Shown here: one piece after another, positions 29,059 to 39,251 of the stretch
Numbering within the stretch: the first letter of the stretch is position 1
Layout of the letters: the number at the start of each line of letters is the position of its first letter
Assembly (NCBI GenBank): GCA_050246315.1
Contig: JBFWWG010000002.1
Coordinates: 1-64,000, forward strand
Origin: Nitrospiraceae bacterium
GTDB taxonomy: Bacteria; Nitrospirota; Nitrospiria; Nitrospirales; Nitrospiraceae
Length of the DNA stretch: 64,000 nucleotides
Direction: 5' to 3'
Made by a program: the position numbers and the translations under genes
Notes under the pieces: generated by a model
What the model saw: the letters and a program-made list of their open reading frames with translations, nothing else
Database searches by the model: none
Told to the model about the DNA's origin: nothing

Positions 29059-29373
29059 CTACCGGCGCTTCTTGTTTGCCGCCGCTTCGGCTGCGCGAAT
29101 GCGCTGCGCTCGAGCCTTGGCACGGCGCAATTCGCCGAGTTTTTCGCGTGTTCGGCGTCGTTGCAGATCGAGTTGCGCAATTTGAGCCCGGACGTATGCC
29201 TTCTCTTGCTTATGCAACGAAGCGCACTCGGATTTGGACAGGTTGCCCCAATCGCCGGAGCTTCTCGCCCGCCGCATACGCTCATGCAAGGATTCGCGAA
29301 GCTGACGACTTCGCAGTGAAATCAAAGATTTCAACGCCTGCTCTCGTCGGAGAATTTCCTCTTCCTCGGCCAT
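29059..29373 (-). CDS. Small basic coiled-coil hypothetical protein
   Basis: Open frame with helical, highly charged composition, positioned upstream of trmH. Confidence 0.65.
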   Translation of the reverse strand: MAEEEEILRREQALKSLISLRSRQLRESLHERMRRARSSGDWGNLSKSECASLHKQEKAYVRAQIAQLDLQRRRTREKLGELRRAKARAQRIRAAEAAANKKRR

Positions 29374-29614
29374 AATCCCGCGTAAATCTGACCCGAGCAT
29401 ATCCTCTACCTCCTAACGATCCTACCGGCCATGCAAAGCACCGTCGTATTATAGCGGAATCAGATTCGAGACTCCAGATACCTAAGCTATTGACAATGCA
29501 AGGTTTATTGCCGTCATGCCACATTCTCTCCTGCGCAATCGCTGGAGGGAAAATCAGGAAGGTCGGCACCGTAACTCGGTTGCGATAGTCAGTGGGCTTG
29601 GCTATGATGCCGCC

Positions 29615-30103
29615 ATGGGTGGTTCTCTTCACCTCCAAGCCTGGCGGATGGCCAAAGGTCAGACACTGGAGAGCCTGGCTGTAAAATCGAGACTGGAGCT
29701 GTCTTATCTTGCGGAGGTGGAGGCTGGAGAGCGTGATTGTAAGGTTTCCTCGGTCCAAATCATCGCCGCATCGCTGGGGATCTCTCCTTCTTGGCTCTAT
29801 GGACACCCCGATGACCTGTACCGGATACTCCAATTGGAGGATACAGAGGCCAACGAGCCGAGTGCCTCCGGCGTGATCACTGATGCTATTGACCCGGTGC
29901 TCGAACGGATCCTCCGTTCGGTCGGCCGAGATCGCACACTCTATGCGTTGGTAACGGCGTTGTTGCATTCAGGAGACGAACGGCTAACCCGGGCAGCCGA
30001 GGTCAGCCTGCGCAGTCTCGTCAAAGAGGCCAATCGATCGAGCCAGGCGGTCGTCCCCTGGGTCACTAGGCCATCCGGCCATTTCGAACCCCCAAGCGAT
30101 TAA
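29615..30103 (+). CDS. XRE-family HTH transcriptional regulator
   Basis: LQAWRMAKGQTLESLA...SYLAEVEAGE...IAASLGISPSWLY HTH_3 pattern; promoter TTGCGA-N17-TATGAT just upstream. Confidence 0.85.
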   Translation: MGGSLHLQAWRMAKGQTLESLAVKSRLELSYLAEVEAGERDCKVSSVQIIAASLGISPSWLYGHPDDLYRILQLEDTEANEPSASGVITDAIDPVLERILRSVGRDRTLYALVTALLHSGDERLTRAAEVSLRSLVKEANRSSQAVVPWVTRPSGHFEPPSD

Positions 30104-30166
30104 ACGCTCTGGTTCGGATGGATGGTGGTTATGCGTCGTCGCGTGTCGCTTCCTCCCTCTCGATTC

Positions 30167-32176
30167 TTATCTCCTCCCGTGCTGATACAATTGCCGACCG
30201 ATGAGGCCTACGGCCAGGGCTCCGAGCCAGGCACCGAACGGCGGAGTGGCAAACAGTTGAAAGGGATCGGAACTGATTTGAGGCCATAGCGATCCCACGG
30301 CAACCGGGATTGCCAAGAAAATACCCATCAAAGCTTCACCGGTCACGAGGCCGGCGGCGAAAAGCAGACCGGATTCTCCTGTAGCCGAGGGATGGTGCTG
30401 TCGCCGGTTGGCCAAGGTGCGAATCAGGCCCCCGACCATGACCGCAGCGGTCAACTTGAGTGGAAGATAAATCCCCAGCGCGACGGCCAACACCGGAATC
30501 CGAAACGGCCATCTCTGCCTGACGCACAGTTGATCTAATAGTATGATGCCGGCAGCAAGAAGTGCGCCCAGTCCAACCGATCCCCAAGGCAAGCCTCCTT
30601 GGAAGATGCCCTTGGCCAAACTGGCCATGAGGGTGGCCTGCGGGGCCGCCAATGGGTGAGGATGGTCGTCTGTCGGAGTGCCAATTCCATACTTGACATG
30701 GAGGAGTGAGAGGATCGGCACCATGACGACCGCCCCGCCCGCGACTCCAACCACCTGCATGACCTGTTGCTTCCAGGGCGTCGAACCGACGATCTGACCC
30801 GTTTTCAGGTCCTGCAAGTTGTCGCCTCCCATTGCAGCGGCACAGCACACGACCGCCCCGATCAGGATAGCAGCAGGAGGGCCGGCTGGGTGTGCAGTCC
30901 CCATGAGCAACAACAGCAAGACGGCGCTCAGCATAATCGTGGCGATTGTGACTCCGGAAACCGGATTGCTGGAACTGCCGACCAACCCAGCCATATACCC
31001 GGCCACTGTTGAAAACAAGAACGCCGCTGCCGTCATCGTCAGACTCATTACGATAGCCCAGAGGATATTTCCCACCACCGACTGATACACGAACATGACG
31101 GCGGTCCCGGCAATCATTAGGAGGGCAATGAGAAGCGGAACCGGTGTGTCGCGCTCGGTGCGCGGGATGGTTTCACTACGGCCACGCGATAGGAAGCCTC
31201 TTAGACCGATCGTCGATCCGGTTGAACTACGTCGAAACCGGACCAAACCTTCAAGGAGCTGACGGCGGACCTGAACCAACGTCCACAGTCCTCCCACCAG
31301 CATTGCTCCAATGCCCACGTAGCGAATCTGCTGACTCCAGATCAATCTGGCTGTCGTCAGGGCATCCACCGGCGGAGAGTCATTCGTCAGGCCATAGAGG
31401 GGCAGCAGAACGACCCAACCGAGCACTCCTCCAGCGAACACCACCGCTGCAATCTCAGCTCTAATGATGAACCCTACTGCCAGCAGGGCGGGCGAGAGAT
31501 TGACTCCTCCATAGAAAGCCGTCGAGCCAAGCCGAACGGCCGCCTCGGCAGCTTCGCTCCACAGACGAAGACCGCTTTCGCCGAATTTGACGCAGGCTCC
31601 GAGCAACGACGCGACGACTAGGGGGCGAATGGCGTTTTCCCTGTCGGAGGAGACCGATCCGGCCTTGAGCACTTCGGCCGTCGCCACGCCCTCGGGAAAG
31701 CGAAGTTTTGCATCCAGGATAAGTACGCGCCGCAATGGAATCGTGAACAAGACGCCCAGGAGCCCTCCGACGAGGGCCAGCACGGTGGTTTGCCAATAGT
31801 CAAAGCTCTGCCAGTAGTCTAGGATCACTAGAGCCGGCAGGGTGAAGATCACCCCCGCGGCAAGCGCTTCGCCCGACGAGGCGGCCGTCTGTACGATGTT
31901 GTTTTCGAGGATGTTGGATGTCTTGAACAATCGAAAGAGTGTCATCGAAACCACCGCAGCGGGAATCGATGCGGAAACGGTCATGCCGGCGAACAGGCCT
32001 AGATATGCGTTGGCACCGGCGAGGACGACCGACAACACGAGCGACAGAATCAGTGCCTTGCCCGTGATTTCAGGAAGGCAGGTGGTGGCTGGAACGATCG
32101 GCCCCTCGGAGGGCGCTGAGGCCGAAACGGCATCGACGGGAGCGTTGAGGTCAGCCGGCATCCTGCCGTCGTTCAT
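30167..32176 (-). CDS. OPT-family oligopeptide transporter
   Basis: ANAYLGLFAGMTVSASIPAAV, ENNIVQTAASSGE, FPEGVATAEVL, DNLQDLKTG, APQATLM. Start is approximate. Confidence 0.92.
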   Translation of the reverse strand: MNDGRMPADLNAPVDAVSASAPSEGPIVPATTCLPEITGKALILSLVLSVVLAGANAYLGLFAGMTVSASIPAAVVSMTLFRLFKTSNILENNIVQTAASSGEALAAGVIFTLPALVILDYWQSFDYWQTTVLALVGGLLGVLFTIPLRRVLILDAKLRFPEGVATAEVLKAGSVSSDRENAIRPLVVASLLGACVKFGESGLRLWSEAAEAAVRLGSTAFYGGVNLSPALLAVGFIIRAEIAAVVFAGGVLGWVVLLPLYGLTNDSPPVDALTTARLIWSQQIRYVGIGAMLVGGLWTLVQVRRQLLEGLVRFRRSSTGSTIGLRGFLSRGRSETIPRTERDTPVPLLIALLMIAGTAVMFVYQSVVGNILWAIVMSLTMTAAAFLFSTVAGYMAGLVGSSSNPVSGVTIATIMLSAVLLLLLMGTAHPAGPPAAILIGAVVCCAAAMGGDNLQDLKTGQIVGSTPWKQQVMQVVGVAGGAVVMVPILSLLHVKYGIGTPTDDHPHPLAAPQATLMASLAKGIFQGGLPWGSVGLGALLAAGIILLDQLCVRQRWPFRIPVLAVALGIYLPLKLTAAVMVGGLIRTLANRRQHHPSATGESGLLFAAGLVTGEALMGIFLAIPVAVGSLWPQISSDPFQLFATPPFGAWLGALAVGLIGRQLYQHGRR

Positions 32177-32298
32177 ACCATGGCTTTTCTGACAGGTCCA
32201 CCGCCTCCTTGCTAGACCGGGCAGGTTTCTCGAACCGATGAGTCTGTCATCATGAACCTGGTGCATCCGAGAGCTGCGTCGAGCAAAAGGACAGGCGG

Positions 32299-32850
32299 AT
32301 GAGCAGCCGGCAGACCGTTGGTAGGTTGGTGATTGATCGCTTGCGTGCATGGGGCATCGAGTAGATCTTCGGCAGCCCGAACGATGAGGTCCTGACCTTC
32401 TATGAATTGCTGCGCAGTCTTCTCTGCTGTTGATAGAGACGATGGGATTTGCAGTCCCACTGCCGTGAGGGTCTGATTGGCCGACCGACATCTTGCCCGC
32501 TCGTACTGGTGAGGGACGGAGCGTTTCGGATGATCTGCGCGGAGTTGGCCACGGGCTTCCGTTGCGGGCCGGCGCCCATCGTACTTATTCTCAACCACCA
32601 TCGGTATTCGACCGAGCGGGACAGTTTGAAAGAGAGGTTCAACGATATCCCTGTGCGGCGTGACAAGAAGGAGATGAAATGAATGGTGATGGATTGGGGC
32701 TGGGCATCCCAATCTATGGCGAGTTTGTGAACTCGTTGGACCGAGCCCTGCGCGACCGATGTACGCTCTATGTACCGAACATTTTGGCGGGGCCAGCCGA
32801 TCAATCGGTCGGGATGAAACGGCTGGCAGGATGATTAGCAAGTGTCTGGC
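32299..32850 (+). pseudogene. Internally deleted TPP-dependent alpha-keto-acid (indolepyruvate/pyruvate) decarboxylase
   Basis: MSSRQTVGRLVIDRLRAWGIE*IFGSPNDEVLTFYELL (N-terminus) joins TMGFAVP / PLVLVRDGAFRMICAELAT...PIVLILNHHRYSTER...FNDI (degenerate GDG...NN TPP motif), with multiple stops. Confidence 0.75.
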
Positions 32851-32910
32851 GGCTCAGCGGGAATCCCGAACGGCGATCAGGAAGCGAGTTGGGTCGCCGA
32901 TCCGATGTCG

Positions 32911-33636
32911 TCAGGCTCTCGTCCGGCGTCGTGCTCGAACCCCCGTAAGCCAATTTTGGAGCCGGGCGACTCTCTTGGTCTTGGCGATGACTGAGGTCAT
33001 GGTTGGCGCGAACTCGGAGTCGGACGAAGTATCGAGTTCATCGGGATGCGTGACGATGGGTGCGGCTGCCGTCGAAATGTTCGTTTCATTTTCCTGGTCA
33101 CGAGATTTAATCGACTGGGCCGTTGATGGGGCCTGATGAATCGAGCCGCTACCTTCGGCGATGATTCCTGCCAGAGCGGTCACGGAAGGATCGGGTGGAG
33201 GGACTTTCTTGATCCTGGGAAGGCTCCGTTCGATGACATTGATCTCCTCATCCAGCGGGTTTGTCATGAGGACGACGGTGCAAGATTTGCGTGCCGATTC
33301 GGTGTTGCCCTCTGCCGCGTAAAGTTTGGCTAACAAGCGATGGGCCTTCAGGTTTTCAGGACTGAGCACAACTGCGTCCTCTAGCACGGCCTTGGCCTTG
33401 GCATCTTCGCCAACCTGTTGGTAAATCGATCCTAAGACCACCATGGCGATTACATAGCCGGGATAAACGAGGAGGCCCTCCTGTAAGACGACGACGGCCT
33501 TTTGCGATTGGCCGGCCTTCACGTATTCTTCAGCCAACTGGACGAACACTTTGGAATGTGGATTATTCGTCCATTCTGCTGCGAGTCGCTCAAGTCGTGC
33601 GGAGCTGGAAGGGGCTGGCTCGGAGGTGCTGGGCAT
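32911..33636 (-). CDS. Tetratricopeptide-repeat protein
   Basis: NPHSKVFVQLAEEY...TPR helices; C-terminal RLQNWL. Confidence 0.8.
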   Translation of the reverse strand: MPSTSEPAPSSSARLERLAAEWTNNPHSKVFVQLAEEYVKAGQSQKAVVVLQEGLLVYPGYVIAMVVLGSIYQQVGEDAKAKAVLEDAVVLSPENLKAHRLLAKLYAAEGNTESARKSCTVVLMTNPLDEEINVIERSLPRIKKVPPPDPSVTALAGIIAEGSGSIHQAPSTAQSIKSRDQENETNISTAAAPIVTHPDELDTSSDSEFAPTMTSVIAKTKRVARLQNWLTGVRARRRTRA

Positions 33637-33645
33637 GAAGGTGAC

Positions 33646-34956
33646 CTACTGGTCTGCAGACGTGTCCCCTCTTTCGTCAGCTTTGAGCTTGAGGAGTTGG
33701 TCGAGCAAGGCATCCGCCGCCGCACGCTTGGACATGAGCGGCAATTCCGACACCCGTCCTCTCTTCTCGATGAGAACGATCTGATTGGTGTCTGAGCCGA
33801 ATGCCGAACCCTCGCCGAGCACGTTGTTGGCGACGACGAGATCCAAACCTTTCCTTTTCAGTTTGGCCTTGGCATGGGGCACGAGGTCCTGCGTTTCTGC
33901 GGCAAATCCAACCAGGAACTGCTTGGTTCGCCTGCGCGACAGGTCTGCCAGGATATCCACTGTCGGTTCGAGCTCCAGGGACGTGAGCGTCTTTGCGTCC
34001 TTCTTGATTTTCTGTCCAGCCGGATGGACCGGTCGAAAATCAGCCACCGCCGCCGCCATGATCACGATTGTCGACCAAGCCAGATGGCCGGTCAAGGCTT
34101 TGTGCATTTCCTCTGCAGTCTTGACGGCCACGATCTGCACGGCGGGTGAAATGGACAGAGAGGTTGGACCTGTCACGAGGGTGACCTCCGCACCGCGTGC
34201 GATCGCCGCTTCAGCGACGGCATAGCCCATTTTCCCAGACGAGTGGTTGGAGAGATACCGAACCGGGTCGATGGGCTCCTGCGTTGGTCCTGCCGAAACC
34301 AACACCCGTTCACCGCTGTAATCCCGATGCGGAGCGAGGGTTGCAACCACCGCGTCCAGAATGACCTGCTCCTCGGAGAGCCTTCCCCTCCCCGTTCGTC
34401 CGCTCGCCAGTGGACCGATCTCTGGATCGAGCACCGTCACTCCCCGTGTCCGCAGTGCGGCCACATGAGATTGGACGGCAGGATGCTCCCACATGCCTCC
34501 GTCCATGGCGGGGGCCAGAATGATCGGACACTGGGCGGCCAGCAGGAGTGATCCCAGGAGGTCATCCGCCAATCCAAGCGCAACCCTTGCCATCGTGTGG
34601 GCCGTGCAGGGAGCGATCACGATCGCCTGGGCCTCCTCAGCCCAGGTGAGGTGACGCATTTCATGGCCGACGGTAAAGAGATCTGTCGCGACGGGACCTT
34701 GCGACAAGACCTCAAACGAGAGCGGCGTGACGAACTTGGTAGCGGACGGGGTGAGGACCACCCGGACCGTCGCCCCCTCCGCCTTCAGTGCACGGAGAAG
34801 CAAGAGGGCCTTGTAGGCCGCAATGCTCCCGCACACGCCCAGGACAAGGCGGCGCCCGATCAGGCGAGGCCGTGAAGCAGAGGCCGCTGTCTCTGGAGCG
34901 TCACCCTGCTCCTTCTGCGTCGGCCGGTGCCGATTCCTTTGGGGAGTCATCGACAT
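33646..34956 (-). CDS. coaBC: Phosphopantothenoylcysteine decarboxylase/ligase
   Basis: GSIAAYKA, IAPCTA, APAM, SAGPTQEPIDPVRYLSNHSSGKMG, AAVADF, VGFAAET. Confidence 0.96.
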   Translation of the reverse strand: MSMTPQRNRHRPTQKEQGDAPETAASASRPRLIGRRLVLGVCGSIAAYKALLLLRALKAEGATVRVVLTPSATKFVTPLSFEVLSQGPVATDLFTVGHEMRHLTWAEEAQAIVIAPCTAHTMARVALGLADDLLGSLLLAAQCPIILAPAMDGGMWEHPAVQSHVAALRTRGVTVLDPEIGPLASGRTGRGRLSEEQVILDAVVATLAPHRDYSGERVLVSAGPTQEPIDPVRYLSNHSSGKMGYAVAEAAIARGAEVTLVTGPTSLSISPAVQIVAVKTAEEMHKALTGHLAWSTIVIMAAAVADFRPVHPAGQKIKKDAKTLTSLELEPTVDILADLSRRRTKQFLVGFAAETQDLVPHAKAKLKRKGLDLVVANNVLGEGSAFGSDTNQIVLIEKRGRVSELPLMSKRAAADALLDQLLKLKADERGDTSADQ

Positions 34957-35269
34957 AATTGCTCAGCTCTTTCTTGATCTCGCGCGCGTCTTCGGCGGTC
35001 ATCATGGCCATCCGCTCGTTTTCGAGGTCCCTGCCTTTGCGTGATTCCTTGATGGCATCCCGGGCCTCTTTCCCGCGAAGGTACTGGATCTGTCCTTGTA
35101 AAACCTCATCAAGAGCCTGCGTCGTTTCCTTCGCGAAACGCGCATGACCGAGCGATTTCGCGCCCTGCACGAGATGCTTGGCCCGCTGGGCAGCCACCAA
35201 TACCAACCGATGCCTGGAATCGAAGCGCTCCTGAAAATTCTCCGGTAACAACTGCAGCATGTCGCTCAT
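34901..35269 (-). CDS. rpoZ: RNA polymerase omega subunit
   Basis: FDSRHRLVLVAAQRAKHL; gmk-rpoZ-coaBC synteny. Confidence 0.9.
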   Translation of the reverse strand: MSDMLQLLPENFQERFDSRHRLVLVAAQRAKHLVQGAKSLGHARFAKETTQALDEVLQGQIQYLRGKEARDAIKESRKGRDLENERMAMMTAEDAREIKKELSNYVDDSPKESAPADAEGAG

Positions 35270-35907
35270 GGACTACTCCCCTCCTTTTCTTCCTTCTCGA
35301 GAATGAAATTGGCCTCAAGCCATCCGATGTCGAGGCGTTTGGTCTTGATCCGTTCGGCGATGAAAATGCTTTCCATCTCCTTCAACGATTGCTGCAGATC
35401 GTCATTGCGGACGATGTAGTAATACTCACGGTAGCTCCAGACTTCTTCCCGCGCTTTCTTCAACCGGCGCGTAATTTCCTCCTCCGAATCTCCCGCCCGC
35501 ATCTGCAAACGGGTCTTGAGCACCCGAAGGGATGGGGGCAGGATATAGATGTAAATTCCATCCTCAAATTTCTTCTTAATCTGAGTGGCCCCCTGGCTGT
35601 CGATTTCCAGCAGGACATCCACTCCCTGGTCGAGCTTGTCGGTGATGGCTCTGCGGGGCGTGCCGTACCAGTGCCCGTAGACTCTGGCCCATTCAACGAA
35701 TTCCTGTCGCTCGATCATGTTCTGAAACGTCCGGTCGTCGAGAAAGAAGTACTCGCGCCCGTGTTCCTCGCCGGGGCGCGGCTGTCTTGTCGTACAGGAT
35801 ACGGAATGCCAGAGATTGGGGACGAGTTGCACGATCTGTTTGCACAGCGTGGTTTTCCCCGTTCCTGATGGCGCCGACACAATATACAACAAACCTCGAC
35901 GTTCCAT
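35266..35907 (-). CDS. gmk: Guanylate kinase
   Basis: SAPSGTGKTT, TTRQPRPGEEHGREYFF, YGTP, LEIDSQGA. Confidence 0.97.
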   Translation of the reverse strand: MERRGLLYIVSAPSGTGKTTLCKQIVQLVPNLWHSVSCTTRQPRPGEEHGREYFFLDDRTFQNMIERQEFVEWARVYGHWYGTPRRAITDKLDQGVDVLLEIDSQGATQIKKKFEDGIYIYILPPSLRVLKTRLQMRAGDSEEEITRRLKKAREEVWSYREYYYIVRNDDLQQSLKEMESIFIAERIKTKRLDIGWLEANFILEKEEKEGSSP

Positions 35908-35968
35908 CCTAAGCCGACACCGAGCCTTTCAACAATCCGTAGGGGTTGGGAGATGAAGACGGCGGTGA

Positions 35969-36850
35969 CTACTCGATATTTTGCACTTGTTCGCGGATCT
36001 TTTCCAGCACCGTCTTCATTTGCACGACGGTGGAGGCAATTCCTGCGTGGTTGGCTTTGGACCCGATGGTATTCACTTCTCGCCCCATCTCTTGCAGGAG
36101 GAAATCCAAGGTCTTGCCGACGGTACCCGACTTGGCAAGGGTTGTGCGAAACTGTTGAAGGTGCGAGGCTAAGCGAACCAGTTCCTCTGTGACGTCGCTC
36201 CGGTCGGCGAGCAGGGCGACCTCCTGGTGGAGGCGCGCTTCATCGACCACGGGTCCCTTGAGCAGGCACTCGACTCGCGCGCGGAGCTTGGTGAACGTCT
36301 CATCCGCCAGTCGCGGCGTTTGTTCGGCTACTCCTGTTCGCGCCTCTTCCACCGCGTCGAGATGGCCGAGAATAGCCTGGCTCAAGGCCTGCCCCTCGCG
36401 TTCACGCATCAGAACCAACTCTTTCAACGCGGCCTCGACCAATCGGCCTGCCACCTTGATCAAACTCTTATCCGGGCCGACGAATTCCTCGGAGATGGTT
36501 ATCAGTTCCCGCACACTGGCCAGAGTATTGATATCGAGTGTGCCGCTCAGGCGAAGCTTTTTCTTGAGGTCGCGCAGCGTGTGGCAGTATTGAGTCGCGA
36601 GATCGTGGTCGAGCGTGACCTGCTTGCGGCTTTGACGGGCACCACTGATCGTGAGGGTGACATCGACGCGACCTCGCTGACAACACCGTTGGACCGCCTC
36701 CTTACAGGCTTCCTCGAACGAGGACAGGCCCCTGGGAATTCGACAGGCGATGTCCAGGAAACGGTGGTTCACCGATCGAATCTCGACGATCAGCATCCCG
36801 TCCCGCCAGGCGGCTTCTTGCCGGCCAAATCCAGTCATACTCCGTATCAT
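35969..36850 (-). CDS. yicC: YicC/YloC-family endoribonuclease
   Basis: MIRSMTGFG, EIRSVNHRFLD, LDFLLQEMGREVNTIGSK, REQVQNIE. Confidence 0.95.
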   Translation of the reverse strand: MIRSMTGFGRQEAAWRDGMLIVEIRSVNHRFLDIACRIPRGLSSFEEACKEAVQRCCQRGRVDVTLTISGARQSRKQVTLDHDLATQYCHTLRDLKKKLRLSGTLDINTLASVRELITISEEFVGPDKSLIKVAGRLVEAALKELVLMREREGQALSQAILGHLDAVEEARTGVAEQTPRLADETFTKLRARVECLLKGPVVDEARLHQEVALLADRSDVTEELVRLASHLQQFRTTLAKSGTVGKTLDFLLQEMGREVNTIGSKANHAGIASTVVQMKTVLEKIREQVQNIE

Positions 36851-37491
36851 CGAGGCGATTTTCCTTTCCAGGGACAGAGGTCGTATACCACACAAGTGCC
36901 GCAGGTCGGACGCCGCGCCAGACAGACATATCGTCCGTGCAAGAGCAGCCGTTGGGATCCTTCTGTCCATTGAGAGCGCGGAATACTGCGCATGAGGTCC
37001 TGCTCGATCTGATCTGGGTCCGCGGACTTGGACAGGCCCAGTCGCTGGGCAACCCGTTTGACATGCGTATCGACCACCAAGGCCGGCAGTCCATAGGCAT
37101 GCCCCAGAATGACATTTGCCGTCTTCCTTCCGACCCCTGGAAGGGTCACAAGGTCATCCATCGAGGACGGAACCCGACCGTGAAACCGTTTGACCAGAGT
37201 GGTTGCGCAGGCCACAAGGTTCTTCGCTTTGCTTCTAAAGAAGCCTGTTGAGCGAATCATGGACTCCAACTCGGGAATGTCGGCGCCTGCCAGATCTCTG
37301 GCCTTCGGATAGCGACGAAACAGGTCTGGCGTAACCAGATTCACGCGGCGATCCGTGCACTGCGCGGAGAGAATGGTCGCCACCAGCAATTGATAAGGAT
37401 CGGCGTAGTCGAGTTCCACCTGCGGCTGCGGAGTCGCCTCCCGCAAGGTCCGAAGGATGTCCGTCACCGCTGGACTGTGCCGGCGCCTCAC
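36847..37491 (-). CDS. nth: Endonuclease III
   Basis: ATILSAQCTD, LPGVGRKTANV, VDTHVKR, CLARRPTCGTCVVYDLC 4Fe-4S motif. Confidence 0.96.
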   Translation of the reverse strand: MRRRHSPAVTDILRTLREATPQPQVELDYADPYQLLVATILSAQCTDRRVNLVTPDLFRRYPKARDLAGADIPELESMIRSTGFFRSKAKNLVACATTLVKRFHGRVPSSMDDLVTLPGVGRKTANVILGHAYGLPALVVDTHVKRVAQRLGLSKSADPDQIEQDLMRSIPRSQWTEGSQRLLLHGRYVCLARRPTCGTCVVYDLCPWKGKSPR

Positions 37492-39227
37492 ACGCCAGCC
37501 CCGCTCGTCGATACGACGGTCTCTCCGCGCTTCCCTTCAAGGTGCGTCGAGTCCGTATCTTCACGTGAGACTGACAACGCGTCGTCGGATATCATGGGAT
37601 TGACGAAGGCATGGACGCGGCACAGCATGCTGTCCAGATGGGCGATCAACGGCGAGAGCGACTCCGGCTGCATCGCCGAAATCGCGAGGGCTCCGAATCG
37701 GCGGCAAAGCCCTTCTCGTTCGGTTGCAGATACCTGATCGCACTTGTTGAAGACGAGCAAGCGCGGAATATCGGTCATGTCCAGATCCCTCAGTATGTCC
37801 TCAACAATGCGAATCTGTCGATCGGGATCGGAAGCATTGGCGGCGACGAGGTGGAGCAACAGATCGGCGTCGCGCAACTCGCGGAGCGTGGTCCGGAAGA
37901 TACCCATCAAATCCTTCGGCAGGTCGCGAATGAACCCCACGGTGTCCGTAACAATCACTTCGCGATCGCGTGGAAACCTCAGCCTTCGGCTCGAGGTATC
38001 GAGCGTTTCGAAGAGACGATTCTGCGCGGACACCTGACTCTGCGTGAGTATGTTGAGCAGGGTGGATTTCCCCGCGTTGGTGTAGCCCACGATCGAAACA
38101 ACCGGAATCGCGTGGCGCTTGCGACGGGCGCGCCGTTGGTCCTGATGACGCGCGAATGTGGCCAACTGCCGTTCCAGATGGGCGATACGATCCCGCACGC
38201 GACGGCGATCCGTCTCCAGTTTGGTCTCGCCCGGTCCACGCCCGCCGATGCCTCCTCCCAACCGAGAGAGGCTCGTACCCTGGCCCGACAGACGGGGAAG
38301 CAGGTAGCGGAGCTGCGCCAATTCGACTTGCACTTTGCCTTCGCGCGTATGCGCCCTCTGCGCGAAAATATCCAGAATGAGTTGTGTGCGATCGATGACC
38401 CTGAGATCCGTGACCTCCGCAATCGCTCGGGCCTGAGCTGGCGACAGATCCTGATCGAAAATCAACAAATTGGCTCCCTGTTGCAGCGCGGTGATCACGA
38501 CTTCCTTTAACTTGCCACTTCCCATCAGATACTTGGGATGGATGACCGGCGTGCGTTGAACGACGCGGTCCAGTACGGTGATACCGGCGGATCTGGCCAG
38601 TTCGGCGAGCTCGACCAGGCGCTCTTCCTGTTCGATCCGGCTGCGCGTGCTGGCGCTGACCAGGATGGCAGGATCCAGGCCTGCAGCGACTTCGTGGCCG
38701 GTAGACCACTTCGCGATTCGGTTCTCCAAGTCGGAGATGAATCGTGCGCAATCCAGGTGCAAATCGTGAAAAGAGACCGGCGGATTCACTTCATACACCA
38801 GGCCGGCGGCGTTGGGCGGCAGAAGGTGCGCCAGGCGGATCTGGCCGGGAGTTCCGTCCTCCGCGACGCTCAATTTTGCCAACAGGTCGAGTCGCAGTAG
38901 GGCTAGATTGGTCAGGTCCTCACGGGGCACGTCTTCGTCACGAAGGTGAGTGTGGACCAGCCTGGTGCCGCGCAGGGAGCGATCACCCAGGCGGAGTTTG
39001 GACACCGAGGCGATGGGATGAGCCCAATCGGCTCCGACCACCACACGCTCTACGGCTCCCCGCCTGGTCAACAAGGCACCGATCGGACGGCCGATGAGAC
39101 GGGAAAGTTCCGTACAGCTTCGAGCGAGTTCGGCGGAAATCAGCTTGTCGGCCGGCACGCGGCGGCGCGTGAGATGTTGCAACTGCAACAAATGGCTCGG
39201 CTTCAGTCCTCCGATGTACCCGATCAC
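37488..39227 (-). CDS. hflX: GTPase HflX (long form)
   Basis: GIGGRGPGETKLETDRR, GYTNAGKST, DTVGFI, NKCD. Confidence 0.96.
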   Translation of the reverse strand: MIGYIGGLKPSHLLQLQHLTRRRVPADKLISAELARSCTELSRLIGRPIGALLTRRGAVERVVVGADWAHPIASVSKLRLGDRSLRGTRLVHTHLRDEDVPREDLTNLALLRLDLLAKLSVAEDGTPGQIRLAHLLPPNAAGLVYEVNPPVSFHDLHLDCARFISDLENRIAKWSTGHEVAAGLDPAILVSASTRSRIEQEERLVELAELARSAGITVLDRVVQRTPVIHPKYLMGSGKLKEVVITALQQGANLLIFDQDLSPAQARAIAEVTDLRVIDRTQLILDIFAQRAHTREGKVQVELAQLRYLLPRLSGQGTSLSRLGGGIGGRGPGETKLETDRRRVRDRIAHLERQLATFARHQDQRRARRKRHAIPVVSIVGYTNAGKSTLLNILTQSQVSAQNRLFETLDTSSRRLRFPRDREVIVTDTVGFIRDLPKDLMGIFRTTLRELRDADLLLHLVAANASDPDRQIRIVEDILRDLDMTDIPRLLVFNKCDQVSATEREGLCRRFGALAISAMQPESLSPLIAHLDSMLCRVHAFVNPMISDDALSVSREDTDSTHLEGKRGETVVSTSGAGV

Positions 39228-39251
39228 GTTTTGAATGGCAGGTGTTCCTTT

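Noticed and set aside
32212..32841. 209-aa minus-strand ORF as a real gene
   Set aside because: No motifs; it is the antisense shadow of the plus-strand decarboxylase pseudogene.
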